64,000 nt of DNA from Terriglobia bacterium (GCA_965218585.1 CBDCLE010000004.1:96001-160000); one strand, 5' to 3'. Counted from the stretch's first letter, positions 1-11,082 are shown. The notes: generated from the letters alone by a model not told the origin. A program made the numbers and translations.

Positions 1-871
1 CTCCCAATAGGGCGTCAGCAAATTCTGCGAGCGAAGTTCCGCCATCAACCCCAATCTCGATGCCGGGTTCAACGAGTCCATGCAGGTTGAAGTTCTTCCC
101 GATCATGCGGCCACTCTCACGGAGGACCATGGCGTGACCGGCCGTTCAGTAAAAGCATTCATTGATCGCCGAAACCCGTCCGGCAACGACTTCGACCTGT
201 GGACGTGTCAGTCCTGCATGCTGCTGATAGTCGAATTCGGCAAAGTGATGCGCGGGCAGGTACTGCGCCTCATCGAGTTTCATGTGGGCCAGGTTCTCGG
301 AAGGCGCAAGGCTCATCCCCCGAAAGATGAAAGACACCATCTTAGCGTCGCCGTACATTTCCCGGGCGGCATCACCGCCACTCGCCCCTGCAGGCACGGT
401 ATCGACCCATGCTCCCTCGGCGATCGCCGTGGTCGGTCGCCGTCGAGACGGATTATCTCCTCCCGACACGCCGATAGCTCTGGGCCCGATACCCAGACCA
501 CGGGCAATGACGTCGAAATTTACAAGACGCCCCACAATCCCGACGATCTCGACGTATTCGGCGTCAGTCAACCCGTCTCGAACGGCCTCCTCATAGAACT
601 CACGCACGAAAGTTCCCGGCGAAAGCGCCGCTTCCCGCGCCACGTGTTTCGCGGTATCCGAAAGATCGGCGCCATCGTTGACCGGAGCCGGCGCACCAAC
701 GGTTTCCTGAACGCCCGCTTCGATACGCGCAGCGTGCACCTCTTTCACGAGGGCGACGCGCTGGCTTCGCGTGAACCAGGTCCCAGGCCCGCCAAGCGCA
801 TCAAGCTGGGCTTCATGGATCGCTTGTAACGCCGCGTCTACGGGATATTCAGAATCACTGTATAAACTCAT
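1..871 (-). CDS. AhpD/carboxymuconolactone-decarboxylase-like probable selenoprotein; reads through UGA at 146-148 and runs off the window edge
   Basis: The ORF track ends at ...RVSAINECFY-TGA. The same frame stays open to base 1 (TAGHAMVLRESGRMIG...GVDGGTSLAEFADALLG), giving CxxU...H, which parallels the AhpD CxxC...H motif. selD is in the same window. Confidence 0.75.
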
Positions 872-941
872 TCACTCTGTCCTTGTTGTATTAACCGATT
901 CATTAGAAGCCTACCAGAATCCGAAAACTGTCGAAATCCGT

Positions 942-1704
942 CTACCCCAAAACTTGCTCGACTGCCGGTGGAAATATTTCTCCGACTTCGCCTTCAACCC
1001 TCAGGGAAACACCGGGTTCGGAATCATGCTCGGTCATGCCTTGATTTATGATCAACGTAGGGAACTCCGCGCTGGGCAGCCATCAGCGGAAACCCGGCAG
1101 CCGGATACACCGAAAGCGTGGACCCTAAGGCAACAACAAGGTCCGTTTCCTCGGCAGCCTGGCTGGCTCGTTCGAGCGATTCCGGATCCAGGCCCTGGCC
1201 GAAACTGATCGTCGCCATCTTCAGGAATCCGCCGCATTCGCATGAAGGTGCGGTCCCGCTTGCGCGAAAATTCTCGAGGTGCGATTCGGGATCGTCACGC
1301 CAGTGGCATGTCTGACATTCCACGAGCAGATTCGTTCCATGGAGTTCGACCAGCCGCTCCGCGCTCGTTCCCGCAAGCGAGTGCAGCCCATCGATATTCT
1401 GGGTCACAACCGTCCCGACTTTTTCGGCCTTTTCCAGCCGAACGATTGCATGGTGCACGGAGTTGGGTCGCGCTGCGGTCATTACCGGCCATCCTTCAAG
1501 CTTGTCCGCCCAGTGCTCGATGCGCGCCTCTTCCGACTTCATGAAGTCCTGATAGTAAACAGGCTTCTTTCGTTTCCATACTCCCTGCGGACCACGAAAA
1601 TCAGGGATGCCACTTGAGGTGGAAACACCCGCACCGGTAAATATCATCATCCGGTCGGATTGGCTGAGATACGCCGCCAATTCTTGGGAGGTGTCGTTCA
1701 TCAC
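942..1704 (-). CDS. cobB: NAD-dependent deacylase (Sir2/CobB family) with a 1-nt frameshift near 1053-1056
   Basis: Motifs TGAGVSTSSGIPDFRG, TQNIDGLH, ELHGT, Zn CxxC/CxC and GSTLSVYPA. The expected C-terminus (IINQGMTEHD...LRVEGEVGEIFP) lies in another frame ending at TAG 942-944. Confidence 0.85.
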
Positions 1705-1773
1705 ATTCTAAGAGACTGGGCCGGAGATCTCTAAGCGGCCCGAATCGCAACAGGAGGATGGGGACGGGTCGGT

Positions 1774-2178
1774 CTATTTGCGACCGGCTACTGCTATGCG
1801 AACGGCTGCGCGTTGAAGCGCATCCTGAGCCCGGGGATAGTCGACGTCATCGCCGCCTTTGGAGATCAATTCTTCCGCTCGGGACCGGGCCTCGCCGGCG
1901 CGCTCTACATCTATGTTTGTAGCCGGTTCGGCAACGTCAGCCAATACCCGTACTTCGTCGTTTGAGATTTCCACGAAACCTTTCGCAAGCGCGATGGAGC
2001 TTTTCTGCCCTTCGCGGGTGTAGGAAAGCTCACCGATCGCTAGCTCGGAAAAGAGTGGAGCGTGACCGGGCAACAGGCCCAGGTAGCCGTTGAGTCCGGG
2101 AACCTGGACTTCGTCCACTTCTTCGTGGACAAGCGCCTGCTCGGGTGTGACAACTGTAAGATCGAGCCCGTTCGCCAT
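1774..2178 (-). CDS. atpC: F1 ATP synthase epsilon subunit
   Basis: VVTPE...VPGLNGYLGLLPGHAPL motif; operon position. Confidence 0.95.
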   Translation of the reverse strand: MANGLDLTVVTPEQALVHEEVDEVQVPGLNGYLGLLPGHAPLFSELAIGELSYTREGQKSSIALAKGFVEISNDEVRVLADVAEPATNIDVERAGEARSRAEELISKGGDDVDYPRAQDALQRAAVRIAVAGRK

Positions 2179-2187
2179 AAAAACTGC

Positions 2188-3618
<1,431 letters not shown>

Positions 3619-3648
3619 TTACGCTATTTAGTTTCAGAAACTCTACCG

Positions 3649-4503
3649 CTACGCGCTCGCGCCGCTGACAACCTCGATGATTTCACGCGTAATAGCCGCC
3701 TGCCGAATTCGATTCATGTTCAGCGTTAGGCTCTCGATCATCTCACCCGCGTTGCGGGCAGCCGTGTCCATCGCAGCCATTCGAGCGCCGTGTTCCGACG
3801 CTGCCGATTCGAGCAGAGCGCGGTGGACCTGTATGTCGACAAACTGCGGAAGCAGCCGGTCGAATATGGCCTGCGGAGGTTGCTCGTAAATGTAGTCGCC
3901 GCCATTGGCATCATCACCATCGAGTTCGGTTCCACTCAGCGGCAAGAGCGGCTCGACGACCAGTCGCTGCTGGATGACGGACTTGAACTCGTTGTATGCC
4001 AGGTAGACGCTGTCGATTTCCGCGCCGCCGTAGAGCTCAACGATACGTTCTCCGATCGTGCGCGCGTGTTTGAAGTCGAGTTGGGAAAAAATGCCGATGT
4101 GCTCTTCGAAGATCGAGGTGGCTCGACTCCGGAAGTAGTCGCGCCCCTTGCGACCAACAGTCATCAGCTGCACTTCCTGTTCCGGATGCGACCTTGTGAA
4201 GTCCTGGGCCGAACGGGAAATATTCGTGTTGAACGCACCGCACAGCCCGCGGTCTGCCGTAACAAGGACCAGCAGAATTCGTTTTTCGGGACGTAGTTCC
4301 AAGAGGGGGTGGCGTAAATTCTCGATGCGGGCCGAGAGGTCGGCGAGGACTGCCTTCAACTCATTCGCGTACGGGCGCGCAGCAAACACACGCTCCTGCG
4401 CGCGCCGAAGCTTCGCGGCAGAAACGGTTTTCATAGCGCGTGTGATCTGCTGGGTGTTCTTGACCGAGCGGATTCGTCGTCGGATGTCGAGAAGGTTCGG
4501 CAT
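3649..4503 (-). CDS. atpG: F1 ATP synthase gamma subunit
   Basis: DRGLCGAFN; C-terminal RQAAITREIIEVVSGA. Confidence 0.98.
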   Translation of the reverse strand: MPNLLDIRRRIRSVKNTQQITRAMKTVSAAKLRRAQERVFAARPYANELKAVLADLSARIENLRHPLLELRPEKRILLVLVTADRGLCGAFNTNISRSAQDFTRSHPEQEVQLMTVGRKGRDYFRSRATSIFEEHIGIFSQLDFKHARTIGERIVELYGGAEIDSVYLAYNEFKSVIQQRLVVEPLLPLSGTELDGDDANGGDYIYEQPPQAIFDRLLPQFVDIQVHRALLESAASEHGARMAAMDTAARNAGEMIESLTLNMNRIRQAAITREIIEVVSGASA

Positions 4504-4516
4504 TCAGTCTTCGTCC

Positions 4517-6040
4517 TTACCGGGCCTCACGTTCCTGTTTGAACTTCTGCTTGGCTTCGTTGATTGCGCCTTCGAGCTCTGCACTCAGTTCGTCATCGAG
4601 AATCTTTTTCTCCGTGATGTTCTTGAGCACTTCCGGCTTACTTGTATCCAGAAAACGCAACAGTTCGGCTTCGAAATCCCCGAGATCGGCAACCTCGAGG
4701 TCATCGAGGAGGCCTTTGGTTCCGGCATAAATGATCGCAACCTGTTTAGCCACTGGAAGAGGCACGTACTGACCCTGCTTGAGAATTTCCGTGAGGCGTT
4801 CGCCGCGCGCCAACTGCGCCTGCGTAGCCTTGTCCAGATCGGACCCGAACTGCGCAAAGGCAGCCAGGTCGCGGTACTGAGCCAGATCCAGGCGGAGACT
4901 ACCGGCAATCTGCCGCATTGCCTTGATCTGGGCGCTTCCACCCACGCGTGAAACCGACAGACCGACGTTGACGGCGGGACGGATACCGGAGTGGAACAGA
5001 TCCGACTCCAGATAGATCTGTCCGTCGGTGATCGAAATGACGTTGGTCGGAATGTAAGCCGAAACATCACCCGCCTGGGTTTCGATGATGGGAAGGGCGG
5101 TTAGCGATCCGCCGCCGTTTTCGTCACTGAGCTTGGACGCGCGTTCGAGAAGTCTCGAGTGAAGATAGAACACGTCGCCCGGGTAGGCCTCACGTCCGGG
5201 AGGACGGCGGAGCAAGAGCGAAATCTCCCGGTAGGCCGCTGCGTGTTTTGAAAGGTCGTCGTAAATACACAGGACGTGGCGTCCCGTATCGCGGTAATAC
5301 TCACCAATAGCACAGCCTGAATAGGGCGCCAGAAACTGCATCGGTGCGGGGTCGCTGGCCGAAGCTGAAACGACAATCGAATAATCCATCGCGCCGGCTT
5401 CTTGAAGCGTTTTTACAACCTGCGCCACCGTCGATCTCTTCTGGCCGATCGCAACGTAGATACAGATGACGTCGAGGCCTTTCTGATTGATGATCGTGTC
5501 GATCGCAACGGCGGTCTTACCTGTCTGACGGTCACCGATGATCAACTCGCGCTGGCCGCGACCAATGGGAATCATCGAGTCGATCGGCTTGAGCCCTGTT
5601 TGTAGCGGCTCACCCACCGGTTGTCGATCGACAACTCCGGGAGCCAGCCGTTCGATCGGTTGCGTCTTGTCAGATGTGATCGCACCTTTACCGTCAATCG
5701 GCTCGGTGAGAGCGTTTACCACGCGGCCGGCCAGGGTCTCGCCGACAGGAACCTCTATGATGCGGCCCGTCCGCCGGACCTGATCGCCCTCTCGAATTTG
5801 GGTGAACTCACCCAGCAGAACCGCACCCACCTGAGATTCTTCCAGGTTCAGGGTGAGGCCCATCACGCCATGTGGAAACTCGAGCAGCTCTCCGGCCATG
5901 GCTTTTTCAAGTCCGTACACGCGCGCGATGCCGTCACCGACCGAGATCACGCTACCGACTTCACTGACCTCGAGCCCCGGACGGTATTCGTCGATCTGCT
6001 CTCGAATAATCTTGCTGATTTCTTCTGCCTTGATGTCCAT
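4517..6040 (-). CDS. atpA: F1 ATP synthase alpha subunit
   Basis: [29 protein letters not shown]. Confidence 0.99.
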   Translation of the reverse strand: MDIKAEEISKIIREQIDEYRPGLEVSEVGSVISVGDGIARVYGLEKAMAGELLEFPHGVMGLTLNLEESQVGAVLLGEFTQIREGDQVRRTGRIIEVPVGETLAGRVVNALTEPIDGKGAITSDKTQPIERLAPGVVDRQPVGEPLQTGLKPIDSMIPIGRGQRELIIGDRQTGKTAVAIDTIINQKGLDVICIYVAIGQKRSTVAQVVKTLQEAGAMDYSIVVSASASDPAPMQFLAPYSGCAIGEYYRDTGRHVLCIYDDLSKHAAAYREISLLLRRPPGREAYPGDVFYLHSRLLERASKLSDENGGGSLTALPIIETQAGDVSAYIPTNVISITDGQIYLESDLFHSGIRPAVNVGLSVSRVGGSAQIKAMRQIAGSLRLDLAQYRDLAAFAQFGSDLDKATQAQLARGERLTEILKQGQYVPLPVAKQVAIIYAGTKGLLDDLEVADLGDFEAELLRFLDTSKPEVLKNITEKKILDDELSAELEGAINEAKQKFKQEREAR

Positions 6041-6095
6041 GCGGCTCCCTGAATCAAAAGCTCAACCGAGCTTAGAAATAAAAAGTGTTATGACT

Positions 6096-6638
6096 TCAGT
6101 CTGCAAGCAGGCTTTCTTTGAAACCCGCCAGATGCTGAAGGAGCGATCCGTCATAGACCGTGCTGCCGATCCTAACGACCAGGCCACCGATCAATGAAGA
6201 GTCCTCTTCCACTTCCATAACAACGCGCTGTCCCAGTGACTTTTCTAGCTTGCCGATGACCTCCAGCTGCTGTGCCTCCGAGAGCGGGCCGGCGGAGGTG
6301 ACTATGGCCCGGACAATGCCGTTCCTGTCATCCAGCATCTTTCGGTATGCTTCGGTCAGATCATCCAGAATCTCAAGACGACGACGCTCGACGATCAACT
6401 TCAGCAACTTACCGACTCGCGGGTCCAGACCCAGAGCGCGGCTCATCTCGTCCACAAACCGGTCCCGGCGGTCGGGAGGTATCACGGGGTTTATCAGCAA
6501 CTTGCGGGCGTCCGGCTCTGTCTCCAGAAGCTCTCGGATCTGACCCAGCTGTTCCAGCCCGGCATCAGGGCCTACGGTGTTTTCCGCGCTCAGGGACTCG
6601 ATCAGAGCCCTCGCGTACCTGCTTGCTACTACTGTCAT
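6096..6638 (-). CDS. atpH: F1 ATP synthase delta subunit
   Basis: VASRYARAL...SLIGGLVVRIGSTVYDGS. Confidence 0.95.
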   Translation of the reverse strand: MTVVASRYARALIESLSAENTVGPDAGLEQLGQIRELLETEPDARKLLINPVIPPDRRDRFVDEMSRALGLDPRVGKLLKLIVERRRLEILDDLTEAYRKMLDDRNGIVRAIVTSAGPLSEAQQLEVIGKLEKSLGQRVVMEVEEDSSLIGGLVVRIGSTVYDGSLLQHLAGFKESLLAD

Positions 6639-6647
6639 AGTAAATAT

Positions 6648-7271
6648 CTAGAGCTTATCTACGGCCCGCCGCACAATACGCCCGTGGTCGTCTCCGGTCA
6701 GTTTGGACCGTAGCTTCTCTTCGGCACTCCGGACGACCCCGTCGGCGATGTGCGAACGGATCTCCTGCTCCATCCCCCGAGCCACCCGCTGAACCTCGGC
6801 CCCGGACTGCTCGACGGCCCTGCCGGCCTCCGCCTTGGCATCGGCAACTATCCGCTCCCGTTCCGTGCGTGCCAACTCCTCCGCATCCGACTTTATGCCC
6901 GCCATCTCCGTTGACAGGCGGGACAGGCGGCCCTCGATGCCGGACATACGCTCGGCAGCATCCTTCTGAGCGGCGCGGGATTTCTGAAGCCCCCCCAGGA
7001 TCTCTTCCTTGCGTGCCTCGAAAAACGCCACTGCCGGTTCTCTCAGCAAATAACCCAGGCCACCGAAAAGAATGATGGCGTTTATCCAGCGCATGGCGAG
7101 GGCAAGTGGACCGCCCTCCTCTTCTTCGCCCTCTTCTCCTTCACCTTCCTCGGCTTCGGAAACTTCTTCGGTTTCGGCTTCCTGTGCCCGAGCAGTAAAC
7201 GAGGTGGGTGTCAGCCCAATCACCATAGCGAAGGCCAGTACACCGAAAATGGATAGCCAGTGGATTTTCAT
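6648..7271 (-). CDS. atpF: Fo ATP synthase subunit b with acidic N-terminal extension
   Basis: TM segment (RWINAIILFGGLGYLL) followed by a charged coiled coil; operon position. Confidence 0.85.
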   Translation of the reverse strand: MKIHWLSIFGVLAFAMVIGLTPTSFTARAQEAETEEVSEAEEGEGEEGEEEEGGPLALAMRWINAIILFGGLGYLLREPAVAFFEARKEEILGGLQKSRAAQKDAAERMSGIEGRLSRLSTEMAGIKSDAEELARTERERIVADAKAEAGRAVEQSGAEVQRVARGMEQEIRSHIADGVVRSAEEKLRSKLTGDDHGRIVRRAVDKL

Positions 7272-7279
7272 TCTGGTCT

Positions 7280-7699
7280 TCAGCCTTCGAGAAGCGTTTC
7301 AGTGAGGCGCGACGCAAGGGCATCGATTTCGCCTTCGAGTTTCTTTCGGGCTTCTTCGGTTTCGGCTCCCAGTCGCGCCCTCGCATCCGCGATGATCTGG
7401 TCCGCTTCGCGTCGGGCCTCGCCGAGCAGTCGCGCGCGTTCCTCAAGAGCCTCCTCACGAATGGCTTCCTGGTGCTTGTACGCTTCCGCCCGAGCCTCAC
7501 GAACCGCCGACTCGTATTCGGCGGTCTTTTTCTCTACTTCTTCAATGCGACGCGCTGCTTCCTCGAGGCTGCCTTCCATTGCCTGGCGGCGTTCGGCCAG
7601 AATCCGGGTCACCGGCCCAAAAAAAAACTTGGAAAGAAACACGTATAAGATGGCGACATAGATGATCGTTACGAGGATGGAAAGGTCCAGATCAATCAT
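7280..7699 (-). CDS. Fo ATP synthase subunit b'
   Basis: N-terminal TM, FFGPVTRILAERR, charged helix; first gene of the atp cluster. Confidence 0.85.
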   Translation of the reverse strand: MIDLDLSILVTIIYVAILYVFLSKFFFGPVTRILAERRQAMEGSLEEAARRIEEVEKKTAEYESAVREARAEAYKHQEAIREEALEERARLLGEARREADQIIADARARLGAETEEARKKLEGEIDALASRLTETLLEG

Positions 7700-7758
7700 C
7701 GTTTTATACTGGAAGGAAGCGCGAAATTACCCGAGACACCATTGACAACAAACGAGTT

Positions 7759-7787
7759 AAAGTAGCACCGCCATTATGGGGTGTCAA
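7759..7787 (-). promoter_or_regulatory. sigma70-type promoter of the atp operon
   Basis: TTGACA-17 nt-TACTTT on the minus strand, about 60 nt upstream of the b' start. Confidence 0.6.
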
Positions 7788-7844
7788 GGCCCTCGGGAGG
7801 CAGGTAGTGCGGGATTAGCGTGTGCTGCCCCTGTGTAGTTAGGT

Positions 7845-8117
7845 TTAGGGTTGCGTGGCAGACTCAACAACGGGGCCTACGACGAACCCGTCGTGTTCAA
7901 TGGTCCAGCCAAGATTCCGAAGGACGCTAAACATCTTATTCGGCCCAATTCTTTCCGTGCTCAGAATCTTTCGTAGATGGTCAGGATTAAGCCCCGCCTC
8001 TTCAGCGAATGTGCCTTGATTTCCCCGTCCGCGTACCTCTGATTCTTCTTGCAACCGCGCAATGAAGACAGCGGTCAGAGCATCCGCCAGAGATAGGGAT
8101 GGGGCATGGCTAGACAT
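7845..8117 (-). CDS. Small putative HTH (XRE-like) DNA-binding protein, transposon passenger
   Basis: NQGTFAEEAGLNPDHLRKIL helix-turn-helix-like pattern. Palindrome TTTGTGTAA-N4-TTACACAAA at 8117-8138 abuts its start. Confidence 0.5.
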   Translation of the reverse strand: MSSHAPSLSLADALTAVFIARLQEESEVRGRGNQGTFAEEAGLNPDHLRKILSTERIGPNKMFSVLRNLGWTIEHDGFVVGPVVESATQP

Positions 8118-8281
8118 TTGTGTAAGCTTTTACACAAACTATGAATTGGAGTGTGGGGCCTCAAATCTCCACATACCATATATTCAATAGTTATTGTGGC
8201 GACCATATAGCATTGGACCAGATATGTCTATTTGTGTATTACTATACACAGATAGAGAGCAGTGCGACTGTTACTCTCTTC

Positions 8282-8310
8282 TTGACGGCATGACGACCAA
8301 TGATTACAAT
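8282..8310 (+). promoter_or_regulatory. Near-consensus sigma70 promoter for the PyrF homolog
   Basis: TTGACG-17 nt-TACAAT. Confidence 0.6.
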
Positions 8311-8402
8311 GAGCGATTCCACCGTGCGGGGCCCCCTCTCGTCCCTGTACAATGGTTATTGGGGCAGTTTTTCCTTTCTTCTGCCTTATCTGGGGTGATT
8401 CA

Positions 8403-9173
8403 ATGGCAACAGTCGGCAATGAAGCCCGCCTGAGGCAGGCAGATCCAACTCTGCCCGCCCGCGAGCGGTTGATCGTTGCGCTCGATTTTAACAACCGCGA
8501 CGATGCGCTGGGGCTTGTTGATAAGCTTCAAGGCGAGGTGGAAACCTATAAAGTAGGCTACGAACTCTTTATCTCTGAAGGGCCGCAGATCATTGTGAGT
8601 CTCGTACAGCACCAGAAGAAAGTGTTTCTCGATCTCAAGATGGATGATATTGGTGTCACCATGTCGCGGGCTGTGACTGCAATCAAGACTCTCGGGGTTT
8701 CTTTTCTGACGCTGAAGGGTAATGGAGCGACTGCAAGAGCGGCACGTGAAGGGCGTGGGGCTGGCCCGCCACCGCTTTTCTTGCAGGTCACGTACTTGTC
8801 GAGTCAAGATGAAGCGGACCTGCACGATGAGTATGGTGCGAATATCCCGCTGCAGCAGTTCATCAGGATTCGGGCAGAAAAGATTCTTGAGGCGGGCTGC
8901 GATGGCGTAATCGCTTCAGGTGCAAGCGTTGGGGATCTTCGAGGTTATTTGGATGGCCGCGTTGCTCGGGTGAAGACGCCAACAATCGTTGTTCCTGGTA
9001 TCAGGCCGGAGTGGGCAGAGCCGGACGACCATAAGAGATTCTTGACGCCAACGGATGCCATTCATACCGGTGCCGACTACTTAGTTGTGGGACGGCCGAT
9101 CAGGCATGCATCCGATCCAGCTGATGCAGCCCATCGAATCATCGACGAAATACATAGCGCATCTAACGTATAA
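8403..9173 (+). CDS. pyrF: Orotidine-5'-phosphate decarboxylase homolog (divergent), transposon passenger
   Basis: RLIVALD, YKVG, FLDLKMDDIG (DxKxxD), PGIRP, DYLVVGRPI. ATG 8403 preferred over the longer ORF-track start. Confidence 0.9.
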   Translation: MATVGNEARLRQADPTLPARERLIVALDFNNRDDALGLVDKLQGEVETYKVGYELFISEGPQIIVSLVQHQKKVFLDLKMDDIGVTMSRAVTAIKTLGVSFLTLKGNGATARAAREGRGAGPPPLFLQVTYLSSQDEADLHDEYGANIPLQQFIRIRAEKILEAGCDGVIASGASVGDLRGYLDGRVARVKTPTIVVPGIRPEWAEPDDHKRFLTPTDAIHTGADYLVVGRPIRHASDPADAAHRIIDEIHSASNV

Positions 9174-9180
9174 AGTTTGA

Positions 9181-9270
9181 CGGAGGGGACGGGATTCGAA
9201 CCCGCGAACTGTGGTATCAGCACAGCGCCCGATCCTAAGTCGGGTCGTTTCACCTGACAACAGCCCCTCC
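9181..9270 (-). tRNA. Atypical class II tRNA, anticodon UAG (Leu), Ser-like acceptor/discriminator, no encoded CCA
   Basis: GGAGGGG/CCCCTCC acceptor, CCCGA-CTTAGGA-TCGGG anticodon arm, CTGTG/CACAG variable arm, GCGGG-TTCGAAT-CCCGT T arm, discriminator G, C at position 8. Confidence 0.8.
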
Positions 9271-9331
9271 GTCAATTCCCCACCCTACCCACTCCGCAGT
9301 CACATCCGGTCCATAACTCTCAACTAATAAC

Positions 9332-9360
9332 TTGCATACGGGCGTATCATATGATACATT
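9332..9360 (+). promoter_or_regulatory. Promoter with overlapping palindromic operator for the RHH gene
   Basis: TTGCAT-17 nt-TACATT; perfect palindrome GTATCATATGATAC at 9344-9357; ATG 6 nt after the -10. Confidence 0.6.
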
Positions 9361-9366
9361 ACATAA

Positions 9367-9531
9367 ATGACGACAAAGACTATTAACCTTCGGGACATGC
9401 CAGAAGATCTAGTGAGGAAAGCCAAGGCACACGCGGCACTAGAGGGAATCAGCCTGAAGGCTCTCGTCATTCAGGCCCTAGACCAGGTTGTCCGAGAGGA
9501 AAAGACAGGAAAGAAGATTAAAGAGAAATAG
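9367..9531 (+). CDS. 54-aa ribbon-helix-helix (Arc/CopG-like) regulator, not in the ORF track
   Basis: Manual translation MTTKTINLRDMPEDLVRKAKAHAALEGISLKALVIQALDQVVREE fits the RHH pattern. Confidence 0.75.
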   Translation: MTTKTINLRDMPEDLVRKAKAHAALEGISLKALVIQALDQVVREEKTGKKIKEK

Positions 9532-9957
9532 ATCGGCCCTGCCCGGTGCGACTAACACCAGACAGGGCCTAACTAACTCACGCGATAGAGCCGCATGAGC
9601 CAGCCATCAAACTCATTGTGAACCTGTCCGCGTGGAAAGGCAAGGTTCACAATGACCTGCATCCACTGCCAGCACGACCGAGTTAGAAAGTCCGGCACCT
9701 ACGGTAAGAAACGCATCCAGCGTTACCGTTGCACGTTCTGCGATAAGACCTTCTCAGAAGCCCAAGAAAAGCCTCTCGGAAAGCTCCGTATATCAGTCGA
9801 GAAAGCCGTCCAGATCGTCAATTGCCTCGTCGAAGGTTGCGGTATCCGTGCCACTTCGAGATTGTGTGACGTAGACGCAAAGACGGTTCTTGCCGTACTT
9901 GAGTTGGCCGGAGAACGATGCCAACGGCTCATGGACCGAAAGTTGTACGGCATCAAT

Positions 9958-10995
9958 CGCTTTGACAACGTAAAAAGAGCCCACCCCCGGGTTAATGGTT
10001 TGTAAGTAAATCCGCCGTCGGGGTTGCGGGAAGTGTGGAAGCCGAAAGCTTCCAAGCCGCGGTGGTAACGCGCCGGCTTTGCAGCGGGTTTCCACGGTGG
10101 CGACACTTTCCACAGCCGCTCGCTCGCGTGTGTTTCACGCGGAACCTTGGGCGGACCGGGGTTTCTTCTTCCGTTTGCCCGCGGCACCGAGACTCTCGGT
10201 GAAGCGGATACTTTCCCAATCGAACTGATGAATCGCACAGTGATGGGTCAATCGGTCCAGCAGGGCCGCGGTCAGGGCGGCATCGCCGAACACGCTGGTC
10301 CACTGCGCAAACGGCAGGTTCGACGTCACGATGAGGGAACCCTTTTCGTACCGGTCCGAGAAGACCTGAAACAGCAACTGGGCACCCTCGGCCGAGAACG
10401 GGATATAGCCGACCTCGTCGACGATGAGCAGCTCGAAGCGGGACAACTTCGCCAGTTGCCGCTTCAACTGTCGCTCCTCACGGGACTCGATCAGCGTATT
10501 GACCCGCCCCGCGGCCGTGGTGAACCCGACGCGGTAGCCCCTCCGGCAGGCTTCCACGCCCAGCACCGTCGCGGCGTGGGTCTTGCCGGTGCCGTGCTTG
10601 CCCAACAGCACGACGTTCTCGCACCGGGTGATGGTGTCGCACTCGGCCGGCTGCTCCCGATCGGCCCGCAGCCAGCCCTCCACGATCCCGGCCACCGGGT
10701 CCATCACCGGACAGGCCGGCTCCTTCTCCCGCCGATACTTCGGCTCCTGGCCGGCCAATACTTTCCGGACCGTCCGTCTCGTGTGCCCGGTCTCCCGGGC
10801 GATCTGTCGAATGCTTTTCTTGTAAACTCGATGTGCGGTCCTGACCATCTCGTACTGATCCATCCCTAACAACTCCTTATCCTCCCTCCGCCATGCCGGT
10901 TCATCCAGGCACTCGCCGGGGGAGGCTATCAGGGTGGGTCCTTTTTCCTCGATCAGAACCCCGTTTGGTGGGTCCTTTTTACGTTATCGAAATCA
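9958..10995 (-). mobile_element. Internally deleted IS21-family element (in-frame istA 5'-istB 3' fusion, ORF 10135-10872)
   Basis: Imperfect IRs containing AACGTAAAAAG; TSD ATCAAT (9952-9957, 10996-11001). IstA HTH N-terminus fused to IstB motifs GKHGTGKT, LLIVDEVG and LLDRL. Confidence 0.88.
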
Positions 10996-11082
10996 ATCAA
11001 TGCACAGCAGATCCAGTGCGACGAAATTTGGACTTTTGTTCAGAAGAAAGAAAGGCGCATTAAACCTTGGGAGAATGGCAAT

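Noticed and set aside
80-829. Long opposite-strand or alternate-frame ORFs (e.g. 80-829, 15456-17054, 35828-36757, 46674-47768, 55760-56836, 62242-63003)
   Set aside because: They are shadows of recognisable genes in GC-rich DNA and carry no motifs.
9181-9270. tRNA as selC or as an integrase attachment site
   Set aside because: The anticodon is UAG, not UCA. No duplicated 3' end or integrase was seen, and it lies inside the transposon IRs.
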